The position numbers were made by a program, and so were the translations under genes. Below are positions 9,157 through 20,085 of a stretch of DNA of 64,000 nt, piece by piece (the first letter of the stretch is position 1; each line of letters starts with the position of its first letter). Below the pieces are notes generated by a model that saw nothing but the letters and a program-made list of their open reading frames with translations, had not been told where the DNA came from and ran no database searches. This DNA comes from Pseudomonadota bacterium (GTDB taxonomy: Bacteria > Pseudomonadota > Gammaproteobacteria > GCA-001735895): contig JADFJT010000001.1 in assembly GCA_022566015.1 (NCBI GenBank), positions 29,143 to 93,142 of the forward strand. The letters are read 5' to 3'.

Positions 9157-9303
9157 ATTTGGCCTTTGTGAATAAGTGCCAGGAATGTGCTAGTAACGGT
9201 GTCAATGTCAGCCTGATCGATCCTGGTATGGTGCGCAGCCCGTTTTTCGATATTTTTTCTTTTCGGTCTGGCAGGAATCCTGAAAACGCAATCGACTCAA
9301 CAT
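9157..9303 (+). pseudogene. C-terminal fragment of a short-chain dehydrogenase/reductase (gene remnant)
   Basis: Translation ...NGVNVSLIDPGMVRSPFFD... matches the SDR C-terminal signature (VN.V.PG.V.TP). It has no N-terminus and is under 60 aa. Confidence 0.4.
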
Positions 9304-9334
9304 AATCGGGGATAGCTAATTGAACAGCATCGCC

Positions 9335-12043
9335 TTAATGCGAAACTATCGCCTCAATATTTACCGGCTCACCGATGGAATATCCCTGTATATAGTCAAT
9401 GTTTGCCTCGCGCAACTTTTCAAACAAGGTGTCTGATTCGACATACTCGGCAATTACTTTCATGCCCAGGCTATGTCCGACTTCGGCCATGGATCGGACA
9501 AACACGAAGTTGGTATCATCTTCGTTAATCTCACGTACGATACCACCGTCAATTTTAAGATAGTCAACCGGGTATTGTTTTAAATCAATGAATGAAGACT
9601 GTCCGGTGCCAAAATCGTCGATAGAAAATTTGGCGCCAAGCTGCCTGATTGATTTAATAAAGTCGACTGCCTCCTGCACATTACCCGATACCGCAGTCTC
9701 AGTTATTTCAAAACACAGGGTCGTCTTATCAATTTCGGTTTCCTCGAGACTCTTTTGCAAAAATTTGTGGAATTTCTGCGAGCCCATACTGCGTCCCGAC
9801 AGATTTATCGAAAACATCGATTTGCCAGTTTTCTGCTGATTTTCCTGAAGCCAATCCAGGGTATGCGATACGACCCAGGAATCAATTCTCTCAATCAGGT
9901 TATAGCGCTCGGCCGGTGGCAGAAATTCGTCGGGCGAAATAATGGTGCCATCCGGGCTCCGATAACGTACCAGTACTTCGTAATCGATTTTTTTATCTTT
10001 CGGGTCCATCGACCGGATGGGTTGTACATAAAGGCAAAATCTATCCTCGTTAAACCCTTTCATAATGCTAGCGACCCAATCCATTGATTCCTGTTGGGCA
10101 GTTACTGTTTCATCATTTTCACCAATAAATTGATATTGATTTCCCCCGTTTGATTTCGCCAGGAAACAGGCGGTGGTCACTTTGGAGTAATAATCGGGAT
10201 AATTATCTTTTTCCTGCCCAAAAGACGTCACCCCGATACTGACCGTCACATAGTATTCCTTGTCTTCCCATTCAAAGCTAGAATGTTGAATATCGATAAT
10301 TATCTTCTGCATTACCTGTAATGCGCGATCCATATCTAAATAAGGCATGATGATTCCAAACTCGTCCCCACTTAAGCGGGCCAGTACGTCAGATTTTCGA
10401 ACATGTAATTTAATCACCGCGCTAATCTGATTCAATAACAAATCGCCACCGGCATTACCACAGGTTTCGTTCACTACCTTAAACTCATCGATGTCCAGAA
10501 AGGCCAACACATGTTGCGCGTTTAAACTGTGATCTTCGGCAACGAGCCGGCCGAACTTGTGTTCGAAAGCGACACGGTTAAGAAAACCGGTCAAATTATC
10601 GTGACTGCCTTCGTAACTCAGCTTGCGTCGCAACTGACGATACTCGGACACATCTTTCAAAATCACCACAAACCCAACATCCTCGGCTTCCATATCGATC
10701 ATCGGCGAAGCTGAAAACTCGAGTTCGATAAGTTCTTTGTTGGCATCGTAAAAAAACAGGGAATCCAGCGTTTGCGTTTGCTTCAGCAATTGACCAATAT
10801 CTACAATGCGCGTGGTTTCCCGATTGGAATACATGATCAAAAGTTCGTGAATCGAGGTATTGACCAATAGCTTTTCCTTTTCACCAAACAACTTTTCACC
10901 GCTGGGGTTAACCAGCTTAATTTTATCCTTCGAGTCGATCACGATTACCGGATTAGTAATCGAGTTTAGCGTGGTAGCGATAAAATCTTTTTCAGAACGC
11001 AACCTTTCCTCGACCTGCCGGCGCGAAATAGTTTCCAGTTCGAGCCCTTCAATCATTTCGTTATAGGCCTGAACCACGTCGCGTAATTCGCTGGGTAATT
11101 TTTCCTCACTGATAGTCGCATATTTTCCAGTCAGCAGAGCACCAACAGAGTTTCTCAACCTGTTCATTGGCGCAAAGGCCCGGTACAATAAAAATGCCAC
11201 CGATATAAGCCCGGCGAGGGTCGCGATAGCGGTCAGCACCAGAAAGTTATATTCAGTAGTATCGAGGCGGTTTATAAACGGCTGCTGATCGAATGCGCCA
11301 GTAATACTGGCGCCAAGAAATGAGTCGTCCCCATACAGGCGATATTCAAGGCGTAGATGATTTTTCTGAATTTTTTTAGGCCAGTCCACAGACCGAAACA
11401 GCTCGGATCCATCGCCTGCGGTAATTCGCAATGGCATTTCAATATCCTGTTCGAGCTTTTTTAATCCTTCGGCTGCATACACAATAACATGCAAATAACC
11501 CTTGGGATCGAGCGCTCCAATTGGCACCAGCACCTCGCTATATAAATTACCTTCAAACGAACAAAGCACATATCTGGGTTTCACTTGTATGGGTTCGGAT
11601 AGACTGATACCACCTAGCAATACCGGGCAGCCACTATAAGATTGCAGGCTATCGTCGTTGGCCGCAGCGAATACGTCACCATTAAGGTTTCGAACAACGA
11701 TGGATTTTAACTGGAATTGGCCAGATGCAACAAAATAACGTTCAAAGCTTTTTTCAAGCCAGGACAACATGGCTATTGAGTCCTGATTTTGCAGCGCCGT
11801 GATAAAAGGTGTTTCGTTTTGCAATTTGAAGGCAAACCGTTTCTGGGTTTCGTAAAGATCTTCTATGATATCCTGGCTTTTCACCGCCAGGATGGTCTGC
11901 AATGAATCGCGTTGGTTTTCAATCGCCAGATCGCGATAAATCTGGGTACTATAATACGCCAGTCCAAAAGTCAGCAGGCTGAGCCACAGCAAGGCCAGAA
12001 TAATAATGAGTTTGAAACTGTAGAGACGGGAGAGCATTGGCAC
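9335..12043 (-). CDS. Membrane sensor with periplasmic domain, PAS, GGDEF (SGDEF variant) and EAL (EVL) domains
   Basis: 902 aa with N-terminal TM helices, GGDEF-family motif LSGDEFGIIM, and EAL-domain motifs EVLVR, DDFGTG and QGY. Confidence 0.85.
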   Translation of the reverse strand: MPMLSRLYSFKLIIILALLWLSLLTFGLAYYSTQIYRDLAIENQRDSLQTILAVKSQDIIEDLYETQKRFAFKLQNETPFITALQNQDSIAMLSWLEKSFERYFVASGQFQLKSIVVRNLNGDVFAAANDDSLQSYSGCPVLLGGISLSEPIQVKPRYVLCSFEGNLYSEVLVPIGALDPKGYLHVIVYAAEGLKKLEQDIEMPLRITAGDGSELFRSVDWPKKIQKNHLRLEYRLYGDDSFLGASITGAFDQQPFINRLDTTEYNFLVLTAIATLAGLISVAFLLYRAFAPMNRLRNSVGALLTGKYATISEEKLPSELRDVVQAYNEMIEGLELETISRRQVEERLRSEKDFIATTLNSITNPVIVIDSKDKIKLVNPSGEKLFGEKEKLLVNTSIHELLIMYSNRETTRIVDIGQLLKQTQTLDSLFFYDANKELIELEFSASPMIDMEAEDVGFVVILKDVSEYRQLRRKLSYEGSHDNLTGFLNRVAFEHKFGRLVAEDHSLNAQHVLAFLDIDEFKVVNETCGNAGGDLLLNQISAVIKLHVRKSDVLARLSGDEFGIIMPYLDMDRALQVMQKIIIDIQHSSFEWEDKEYYVTVSIGVTSFGQEKDNYPDYYSKVTTACFLAKSNGGNQYQFIGENDETVTAQQESMDWVASIMKGFNEDRFCLYVQPIRSMDPKDKKIDYEVLVRYRSPDGTIISPDEFLPPAERYNLIERIDSWVVSHTLDWLQENQQKTGKSMFSINLSGRSMGSQKFHKFLQKSLEETEIDKTTLCFEITETAVSGNVQEAVDFIKSIRQLGAKFSIDDFGTGQSSFIDLKQYPVDYLKIDGGIVREINEDDTNFVFVRSMAEVGHSLGMKVIAEYVESDTLFEKLREANIDYIQGYSIGEPVNIEAIVSH

Positions 12044-12501
12044 TATTCGATCACAAAAGGATAGTCCTTATCCTCCCATTCGGTAAAGCCCCCACTAAAC
12101 CAGAATAATCGATTGTAACCACACAAGACTGCGATTTTGGTCGCGATCATACTGTCATGGGAAATTTTACCATTATCGTAAAATACCACTGGTCGATCTT
12201 TGTCACCCACTAATTGCGCCAGTGCGGCGCAATCGGTTTCAGACGCAGGCAGATTGTGCGACATTTCGATATAACCGTGCACACGATCTTCGCTCAGGCG
12301 CGAATCGATCAATGCTATATCCTGCGTCGACCGATATAACTCGACCAGGTTTTCGGCATCGATAGTTATTGCACCATCGACAAAATTGGAAATATCGGTA
12401 TTTAATTTGTTAGCCATGGCAATATTTGCAGGCGTTTCTAGTACTAAATATAAAAATACAGCAGTCGAAAACAACCCCAAGGGTCGACTAATTTTTATCA
12501 T
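12043..12501 (-). CDS. Rhodanese-like domain protein with signal peptide
   Basis: 152 aa; hydrophobic N-terminus; rhodanese-fold sequence with Cys in VLCGYN. Confidence 0.6.
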   Translation of the reverse strand: MIKISRPLGLFSTAVFLYLVLETPANIAMANKLNTDISNFVDGAITIDAENLVELYRSTQDIALIDSRLSEDRVHGYIEMSHNLPASETDCAALAQLVGDKDRPVVFYDNGKISHDSMIATKIAVLCGYNRLFWFSGGFTEWEDKDYPFVIE

Positions 12502-12600
12502 TTCTCTTTAATCTTCGGTTAAAATTATTGTTTATTAGGCAATAATAAAACTCCTATTTTTTTATATTATTCACCTACTTAGACGACTTTTCTAGAAAAG

Positions 12601-13227
12601 CTATGAACAAGATACTCCTGTACCAGCTAATCCACAATAGCCGGAGGGATTTTTTTCCAGATACTGTTGATGATATTCCTCAGCATAGTAAAACTCTCTC
12701 GCGGTTTTGATTTCGGTAGTAATAGTTGAACGACCAGCCTCGTTTAACCGTACTTGATAGATTGCCAGGCTAGATTGTGCCTGTTCGAGTTGTTCGTCGG
12801 TGGTATAGTAGATTCCCGAGCGATATTGCGTACCCCGATCATTTCCCTGCTGCATACCTTGCGTAGGATCATGGGATTCCCAGAAAACCTTTAATAAGGA
12901 TTGAAAGCTAACCAGGGCTGGATCATACAGCACCAGCACGACTTCGTTATGCCCTGTCATTCCGGTACAGACTTCCTGATAAGTAGGGTTTTGCGTATGC
13001 CCGGCGGTATAGCCTACTGCGGTGGTGTATACACCTTCGATTTCCCAAAATTTACGCTCTGCCCCCCAAAAACACCCGAAACCCAATATCACTCGTTCCA
13101 TTTGTGGCGGAAACGGTTCGACCATGCTTCTCCCATGCACCCTGTGTACTGAGTCAAATAGCATTTTTTCGGCTCTGCCAGGCAAAGCCTGATTCGCATC
13201 GGGGATTATCATCGGTTTACCAAACAT
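12601..13227 (-). CDS. msrA: Peptide methionine sulfoxide reductase MsrA
   Basis: GCFWGAE active-site motif; collinear with E. coli MsrA including the ALPGR N-terminus. Confidence 0.9.
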   Translation of the reverse strand: MFGKPMIIPDANQALPGRAEKMLFDSVHRVHGRSMVEPFPPQMERVILGFGCFWGAERKFWEIEGVYTTAVGYTAGHTQNPTYQEVCTGMTGHNEVVLVLYDPALVSFQSLLKVFWESHDPTQGMQQGNDRGTQYRSGIYYTTDEQLEQAQSSLAIYQVRLNEAGRSTITTEIKTAREFYYAEEYHQQYLEKNPSGYCGLAGTGVSCS

Positions 13228-13296
13228 TTGAACACCTCATTACTTTACCCATTCGATTTAAAGTATCTCGTTTAACTCGCTCTATCACTTCTCACT

Positions 13297-14112
13297 TCAT
13301 TCAAATTGAATTTCCAACCAGACGGGCGCATGATCCGAAGGCTTTTCCATTCCTCGAATATCATAATCGACACCCGCATCCACCACTGTGGGTCGTAACT
13401 TTTCTGACACCAGTAGATGGTCAATCCGTAAACCCCGCCTGGGTTCGCGATCGTAACCTTTACTCCGATAATCGAACCAGCTAAATACATTATCTTCCTC
13501 GGCATAGCAAAGCCGGTATCCATCGTAGAACCCGAGTCCGGTAAGTGCTTCAAACCATTCCCTTTCCTCAGGTAAAAAACTGGTTTTACCCGTCCTGAGC
13601 CAACGCTTCGCGTTATCCTCACCTATACCAATATCGATATCCTGTGGCGCAATATTATAGTCACCCATAATGACCAGGGAAGTCTGTTTCAGATCGTAGT
13701 GTTTCAAAAAAAGATTCAGATCCTGATAGAACCGAGCCTTCGCTGGAAACTTGACTGGATGGTTACGGCTCTCCCCCTGTGGGAAATAGCCGTTAAATAC
13801 GGTCATGGCTCTACCATCGACTTCAAACTCGCCACCGATGAATCGCTTTTGCGCGGCTTCGGTATCGCCTGGAAATCCATAATAGCTTTTACCACAGGTA
13901 GTTTTTGACAATAAGGCGACACCGTAATGGGTCTTTTGCCCGGCGTATAATGCCTGGTATCCAAGCTTTTCGATATCTGCAAGGGGAAATTCGTGATCCT
14001 GCACCTTGGTTTCCTGCAAACCGATAAATTCAGGCGTATGTTTATCGATTACACAGGCCAGTTGGTGTAGTCGCTGGCGAATACTATTGACATTAAATGA
14101 AACTATCTTCAT
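13297..14112 (-). CDS. xthA: Exodeoxyribonuclease III
   Basis: MKIVSFNVNSI...GLQETK...NGYFPQGESR...SDHAPV, near-collinear with E. coli XthA. The ORF opens at 14139 but the conserved start is 14112. Confidence 0.9.
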   Translation of the reverse strand: MKIVSFNVNSIRQRLHQLACVIDKHTPEFIGLQETKVQDHEFPLADIEKLGYQALYAGQKTHYGVALLSKTTCGKSYYGFPGDTEAAQKRFIGGEFEVDGRAMTVFNGYFPQGESRNHPVKFPAKARFYQDLNLFLKHYDLKQTSLVIMGDYNIAPQDIDIGIGEDNAKRWLRTGKTSFLPEEREWFEALTGLGFYDGYRLCYAEEDNVFSWFDYRSKGYDREPRRGLRIDHLLVSEKLRPTVVDAGVDYDIRGMEKPSDHAPVWLEIQFE

Positions 14113-14294
14113 CCCGCTATTCCCGATTTTCGTTGTCAAGATTGTGGTTATTATAGTGCGACAGATATTCTGGCCAGTGTATGCTCCCCCAGAGATAAAT
14201 CTTACGCGAGTTCAATGTGGATCACTGTCGTTGTACGACCAGGCATAGCGGGTGATCCGCTGCCTGAAAGTTGCCAACTTCGCATTTAGCCCTC

Positions 14295-14840
14295 TCATCC
14301 CTTAAATCCCTGTTTAGAATTCAGATATTCAACTTCGGAATCGGTACTCTTGCGACCCAAAATTTCATTGCGATGTGGAAAGCGGCCGAAGCGTTCCACG
14401 ATGCCATAATGATGTCTGGAAAAGCGCAAGTTTTTTTCCAGACCGGGTTGATCGAATAGCTTGAGCGCCAAAGCCTGATCATCCAGATCTTCGCTGTGCA
14501 TGAATGGCATGTAGAGAAACGATTTTTGACTGGCTGTTAAATCCTGATCGAATCCCTGGTCGATTGCAGCACGGGCTGTTTCGCGCGACCTGGCCTCGGT
14601 CGAAAAGCTTTTGGCGCTACCTCGAAACATATTGAGGGGAAATTGATCGAGAAGGATAACCATAGCGAGGCTGCCTACCGCGATATCACACCAGCTATCT
14701 AGTTCACCCTGTCGCGCCAATTGCCAGGTTTCACCGTAGCGCGCAAGTAGTTGCCGATCAAACTCTGGGGTGGAATTAAACCAGCGTGCACTCACTTCGT
14801 CTGAAAACCAGTATTCAATTAATGCCGCATACATAGTCAC
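14295..14840 (-). CDS. DUF924-family protein
   Basis: 181-aa conserved hypothetical; 4-nt overlap with tmcA. Confidence 0.55.
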   Translation of the reverse strand: MTMYAALIEYWFSDEVSARWFNSTPEFDRQLLARYGETWQLARQGELDSWCDIAVGSLAMVILLDQFPLNMFRGSAKSFSTEARSRETARAAIDQGFDQDLTASQKSFLYMPFMHSEDLDDQALALKLFDQPGLEKNLRFSRHHYGIVERFGRFPHRNEILGRKSTDSEVEYLNSKQGFKG

Positions 14841-16918
14841 CCCCTGCGATGTGATAACTCAGCAATTAATTCGCGCAATTTTTGTTGTATCTGTTTACGA
14901 CCGTCCAGGCTAGCCCTCTCACTCAGTTGGCCCCAGCCCTTGTTCTGCACCGCTTTTTCGATAAGCCATGGGTGTATCGGGGCATCTTCGGGCGTGCACG
15001 CAATTGCCTGCATGACAAAACGCTGCAAGCTGGCAAAACATAGTTCGAACCCTTTGTGCCCTTTAGTAAAGGCTTCTAATTCATCTCGCTCAAATTGGTT
15101 CAACGGGCACTGATATTCACTATAGCGTAATAACGCCGCGACGCTCGTGTTATCCATCACTTGCAGGAACTGGCACAGCCAGACCGGTAAGTGCATTTGA
15201 ATCCTGGACTGCAATTCCTTCACTTGATTGTCGAGCGCAGTATTCAGACTTTTTAAAACCACCACGGACTGATTACCGCTCGACTTACCCTGCCCAAACC
15301 CAATGTGCGTTAGCGCGAACTGACAGTTTCTCCAGAATGCGGATGTTTCCGCCTCAAATGCGAAGCTCGCACCGACATAATCGAACCCCTGATCGATGGC
15401 GTGTTTGATCGCTACTTCGACCATTCGTCGACCGATGCCCTGTCGACGAATAGTTGAGTCAACCGTGATTCGCTGTATTCGCAGACCCCGATGGCTGGCA
15501 AAGCGCCTGGCACCTGCCTGCGCAGTAATCATTTGTGCCAGCAAATGTCCCTTCGGACGCCGCTTACCCAGGAATACTTCTTCGCACAGCGGCGGATCGA
15601 ACCCACCTTCTCGATTCAGTAAAGCCACGCCTGCTATTTTGTCGTCGACCTCGGCGAGAACAATGGTTAAATCCGGGTTTTCCATCAACATTCGCAGATC
15701 CGATGGGCGAGTCCGGTAATGTGCAGACACCATCAAACTATAAATTTCGGTTAGTAACCCAGCCTCCTTACTGCATTCTCTGGCGTTAAGGACTCGATAC
15801 TGACAGGACTTTCCTGGTAAATTATCTAACCGCGTCTTCACAGCAGCGGTTTTGAGTAGCAAGTTAGTGTTAAGCCAGGCCTCCAGGCAATCATTGGCAG
15901 CCCATCGAACCGAAGCTGACAGGTTCAATCGCAGTATCTGTTGCGGGGGCAACCTGGCGATAAATCGTAGTAAGAAACCTTGCCCGGTGCCCTCGTACCC
16001 TCCGGTAGTAGTTGCCATAAGCACTCTGGGATAAAGTTTGCAAAGCTTTTGCAACATGGGGTAAGGCAACATCGCTGCTTCATCGATGACGAGCACATCG
16101 GCTGGTGGCGTACACTCAATTAGCCGATCCGGCGCGATAAATTCTACTTCGCCCGCCTGTGCGAGCAGTATCGAAGCCGATTGCCGGGAATGCGCGGTAA
16201 CCAGTACTGACATATGCCGCCCTACGAGCTGCTCTTTTACGATAAATCCGAGGCAGGTGCTTTTACCGCGACCACGATCTGCGGTAATCAATACTATCGA
16301 TTGATGCTGTTCTTTTAACCACAAAGCAATTCGCTGCTGGATTTCAATTTGCTCAATCGTCTTACCGGAAACCATCGTTATCGACTGCGCGATCGGTAAA
16401 TCCGGGAGTGTCGGCAATTTTTCACCTTGCCTGACGATAACCGCACCAACCGGTTTCTGCGTCAGCTGGTTAAAAAAATACTCCACAAATAAAGGGTCCT
16501 GAGGCACCAGGCCATCCTGCCAGACACCATAACTATCCTCAATTGACGACCACTGGCGTGGTGGTACAGACAGGAGCATGAGCAAACCACCCCATTTCAC
16601 CAGGCCACTGGCTATACAGACCACATCGGGATTCAAACCCTGAAACAAATCGACGATTACCAGCGAGGCTTCCTGCCCCAGCAAGGATTCTGCTTTGATA
16701 AAGGGTACCGAGGCCGGATCTAAGATTCGATCGGATAATACCAGCTTGTCCCGATACTGAGAATTGCCTGCCGATGCCATCTGGTCGCACCAGAGCTGAT
16801 CTCCCTGAACCGACAGAATCAAACGTTGCCGATGGAGTCTCAGATGTCTGGACAGGGCATCGAACCAGTCTGACGTCTCTGCTTCCTGGGCAGATAATAG
16901 AGATACATTTTGAGACAT
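14837..16918 (-). CDS. tmcA: tRNA(Met) cytidine acetyltransferase TmcA
   Basis: 693 aa; helicase-like Walker A GRGKSTCLG plus C-terminal GNAT motif RRQGIGRRMV. Confidence 0.8.
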   Translation of the reverse strand: MSQNVSLLSAQEAETSDWFDALSRHLRLHRQRLILSVQGDQLWCDQMASAGNSQYRDKLVLSDRILDPASVPFIKAESLLGQEASLVIVDLFQGLNPDVVCIASGLVKWGGLLMLLSVPPRQWSSIEDSYGVWQDGLVPQDPLFVEYFFNQLTQKPVGAVIVRQGEKLPTLPDLPIAQSITMVSGKTIEQIEIQQRIALWLKEQHQSIVLITADRGRGKSTCLGFIVKEQLVGRHMSVLVTAHSRQSASILLAQAGEVEFIAPDRLIECTPPADVLVIDEAAMLPYPMLQKLCKLYPRVLMATTTGGYEGTGQGFLLRFIARLPPQQILRLNLSASVRWAANDCLEAWLNTNLLLKTAAVKTRLDNLPGKSCQYRVLNARECSKEAGLLTEIYSLMVSAHYRTRPSDLRMLMENPDLTIVLAEVDDKIAGVALLNREGGFDPPLCEEVFLGKRRPKGHLLAQMITAQAGARRFASHRGLRIQRITVDSTIRRQGIGRRMVEVAIKHAIDQGFDYVGASFAFEAETSAFWRNCQFALTHIGFGQGKSSGNQSVVVLKSLNTALDNQVKELQSRIQMHLPVWLCQFLQVMDNTSVAALLRYSEYQCPLNQFERDELEAFTKGHKGFELCFASLQRFVMQAIACTPEDAPIHPWLIEKAVQNKGWGQLSERASLDGRKQIQQKLRELIAELSHRRG

Positions 16919-16984
16919 TTCTTAACTGGACTGGTAGAGTATTCTCTGCTTAAATTTCGATCTCATTATAAGGAATACCAACGG

Positions 16985-17299
16985 ATGACAAAAGCACAGC
17001 AAACTCAAATCGAAGCAGCCGCTTTTCGCGGGCTGGTACAGCACTTGCAGCAACGCACCGGTGTTCAGAATATCGATCTGATGAACCTCGCTGGATTTTG
17101 CCGCAACTGCCTGGCGAAATGGTACTCAGCAGAGGCGAAAAACCTCGGGCTCGAATTCGATTATTCCGATGCTCAACAGGTGGTTTACGGCATGACGTAC
17201 GATGACTGGAAAACCAACCATCAAACAAAAGCCACCGACGAGCAAATGAAACGCTACGAAGAAACGAGCGAGTTACACGCCAAAATTAGTGGCTACTAG
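16985..17299 (+). CDS. DUF1244-family protein
   Basis: About 105 aa with the CRNCLAKWY motif; the ORF opens at 16910. Confidence 0.55.
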   Translation: MTKAQQTQIEAAAFRGLVQHLQQRTGVQNIDLMNLAGFCRNCLAKWYSAEAKNLGLEFDYSDAQQVVYGMTYDDWKTNHQTKATDEQMKRYEETSELHAKISGY

Positions 17300-17557
17300 A
17301 TGTTATTTCCAGGGTGAAAATGATGGGTCTGAAACCCTCCAAAGGCGGCAGGGTTCTGGTAAATGCAGCGTTTTGAGTCGCCTTTTATTGAAGCCGCATT
17401 CCTATTTTTATGAAGAATTCGGATCAGCTCAATATTGTTTAGTGAATTAAATAAAAAAAATGAAGTCTCTTAATTATTGATGCCTCGAAACAAGAAAATC
17501 AAGCCGACGCAAGTAACACGTGCCCTTTTTTACCGGTAGGTACCCTGGTTTAACGCG

Positions 17558-17926
17558 ATGAAGAGAACGATACGACTAGGTGGAAAATTCACTGGCATAG
17601 TATCTGGCGCTGGGGCGTGTGCAGCCTGGACAATTGCAATGTGGACACCCACTCCCCCGCTTCCATTGTATGGCGTGGCTTTTTTCGTAGCGCTGCTCAT
17701 GGCGATACTCGCGATCTTAGCCGTAATCGCCTCTGTCCATGGGCATGGCATTACGCTCATTGTGTTGTTCTTTACTTCCTTCTTTCCTATTGGCTATTTC
17801 TTGCTTGGTGTGCCCGGATGGATGTGGGTGATTGGCATACTTAACCTGGGCTACCTAATCGCCGGTCTGGTAGCATGGCGGTTGCCAAACCCGATTGCAA
17901 ATATTGAATCACCAGCCCCTGACTAG
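17558..17926 (+). CDS. Hypothetical small integral membrane protein
   Basis: 122 aa, 3-4 predicted TM helices. Confidence 0.4.
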   Translation: MKRTIRLGGKFTGIVSGAGACAAWTIAMWTPTPPLPLYGVAFFVALLMAILAILAVIASVHGHGITLIVLFFTSFFPIGYFLLGVPGWMWVIGILNLGYLIAGLVAWRLPNPIANIESPAPD

Positions 17927-17952
17927 GTTACGCCACTGTTGGCTGCGTATAT

Positions 17953-18360
17953 TTAACTGTTATCCTTGCCGGCTTTAGTCACTCGATTAAATGATAATAC
18001 CGTTGCGGTTTTTACTGGAATTTGATCCTGCACAGTATTTCGAGAATCTTTGCCCACCAGTCGTTTTAACTGGACCTTTAATTCGCCGAGCGTATCCATC
18101 ATCATGGCGGCCAGGCGCATATTATAGGCCTCCAGTGATTTAGATCGTTGTGACTCTGCTTCCATTTGAAATATCAGGCCTTTGAGCCTGCCTTTTGTTC
18201 TTTCGGGTGCAGATTCGACCAGATCATTGATTAGTTTTAGGCGACATTTTTCGAAATGCTCAGGTTTGGCATCATAAAGATTCTTCCACTCGTCAAAACT
18301 TAAATCCTTGAATCTTCGTGGACAACTTTCTGTATCCTCTGGCCGATTATCACTTCGCAT
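17953..18360 (-). CDS. Hypothetical protein
   Basis: 135-aa charged helical ORF upstream of fadD; no motifs recognised. Confidence 0.35.
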   Translation of the reverse strand: MRSDNRPEDTESCPRRFKDLSFDEWKNLYDAKPEHFEKCRLKLINDLVESAPERTKGRLKGLIFQMEAESQRSKSLEAYNMRLAAMMMDTLGELKVQLKRLVGKDSRNTVQDQIPVKTATVLSFNRVTKAGKDNS

Positions 18361-18371
18361 CGCTAATCACC

Positions 18372-20054
18372 CTAATCTCTTAATTCACGTCGCAATATCT
18401 TCCCTACATTAGTCTTTGGCAATTCCGTCCTAAATTCAACAATCCTGGGTACCTTGTAACCTGCCAGGCTCTTTCGACAATGCGCGATTACTTCTTCTTC
18501 TTTCAGCGATTGATCTTTTTTGACAATCACCGCTTTGACTATTTCCCCAGCCGCCTCATCAGGTACGCCAATCACCCCGACTTCGAGCACGCCTTCATGC
18601 TCGACGATAACTGTTTCTACCTCGTTCGGGAAGACATTAAATCCAGACACCAATATCATGTCCTTTAACCTGTCGACGACTTTAAAAAATCCTTTTGAAT
18701 CCATTATGGCCGCATCGCCAGTTTTTAACCACCCATCCGAATTGATCACTTTTCGGGTCTCGTCTTCCTGGTTCCAGTAGCCTTTCATCACTTGCGGCCC
18801 TCGAACACAGAGTTCCCCAGTTTCACCCTGAGGTAATATTTTGCCATTTTCATCCTGGATCGAAACTTCGGTTGAAGGTATCGGTAAGCCAATACTGCCA
18901 TTAAATTCCTTCAGATTTAGTGGATTAATGCAAACTGCTGGACAGGTTTCGGTCAAGCCATAGGCTTCGATAACGGGTACACCAGTTACTTTATTCCAAC
19001 GTTCCGCGACCGGTTGCTGAACTGCCATGCCGCCACCCAGAGTCAGCTTCAGGCGAGAAAAATCAACCTGGTCAAAACCCGGCGTATTCAATAATCCGTT
19101 AAACAGCGTATTAACACCGGTAATTGCGGTAAACGATACATTCTGTAGTTCCTTGACAAAATTTGGCATGTCGCGCGGGTTCGTAATCAAATAATTCTGC
19201 GCGCCCACTTTCATGAAAGTCAGGCAATTCGCAGTCAGAGAAAAAATATGATACAGCGGTAAAGCCGTGATAACGGTTTCCTTATTCTCTTCAACCGAGT
19301 CTTTAATCCATGCCGAAGCCTGTTGCATGTTGGCGATCATATTACGATTTGTTAACATCGCTCCCTTGGCTACACCGGTGGTACCCCCGGTGTACTGCAG
19401 AAAAGCAATATCCTCATGGTCGATATCTACAGGCTCGTGTGGCTTTCGGGCACCCTGATTCAGGGCTGTTTTAAAATTTACCGAGTTGGAAACTGAAAAT
19501 GGTGGCACCATTTTCTTCACGTATTTGATCACTAAATTGACAATCAAAGACTTGGGAAATTTTAATAAATCTCCCAATTGTGTGGTAATGACATGTTGAA
19601 TTGCCGTTTCATCGATAACTTCCGTCAGCGTGTGGCAAAAATTTTCCATCACGATAATGACCTTGGTGCCCGAATCGCTGAGCTGGTGTTTAAGTTCACG
19701 GGGAGTGTAAAGCGGATTGGTATTGACTACCGTAAAGCCGGCGCGCAATATTCCAAATATCGCGACTGGATTTTGTAATACATTGGGCATCATCACTGCC
19801 ACTCGATCACCTTTTCGCATATTGGGTAATTGTTGCAGATAACTCGCCATTTGTGAGGTGAGGCGATCCATATCAGCATAACTAAGCGTCGTACCTAAAT
19901 TAGTAAATGCAGGACTATCGCTATATTTTTTGGCCGCCTGTTCAAACACCTCTGACACCGACCGATAGGCGTCAACATCGATTGTTTCCGGCATACCCGG
20001 GGGGTAACTTTTTAACCAAATTTTATCCATCAGGGTTCCTCCGACAGCGCTCAT
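18372..20054 (-). CDS. fadD: Long-chain fatty acid-CoA ligase
   Basis: AMP-binding motifs LQYTGGTTGVAKGA, the linker/FACS motif, and FadD-typical length and termini. Confidence 0.88.
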   Translation of the reverse strand: MSAVGGTLMDKIWLKSYPPGMPETIDVDAYRSVSEVFEQAAKKYSDSPAFTNLGTTLSYADMDRLTSQMASYLQQLPNMRKGDRVAVMMPNVLQNPVAIFGILRAGFTVVNTNPLYTPRELKHQLSDSGTKVIIVMENFCHTLTEVIDETAIQHVITTQLGDLLKFPKSLIVNLVIKYVKKMVPPFSVSNSVNFKTALNQGARKPHEPVDIDHEDIAFLQYTGGTTGVAKGAMLTNRNMIANMQQASAWIKDSVEENKETVITALPLYHIFSLTANCLTFMKVGAQNYLITNPRDMPNFVKELQNVSFTAITGVNTLFNGLLNTPGFDQVDFSRLKLTLGGGMAVQQPVAERWNKVTGVPVIEAYGLTETCPAVCINPLNLKEFNGSIGLPIPSTEVSIQDENGKILPQGETGELCVRGPQVMKGYWNQEDETRKVINSDGWLKTGDAAIMDSKGFFKVVDRLKDMILVSGFNVFPNEVETVIVEHEGVLEVGVIGVPDEAAGEIVKAVIVKKDQSLKEEEVIAHCRKSLAGYKVPRIVEFRTELPKTNVGKILRRELRD

Positions 20055-20085
20055 TAAAATTTATAAAAACCTTTACTTTATTCCG

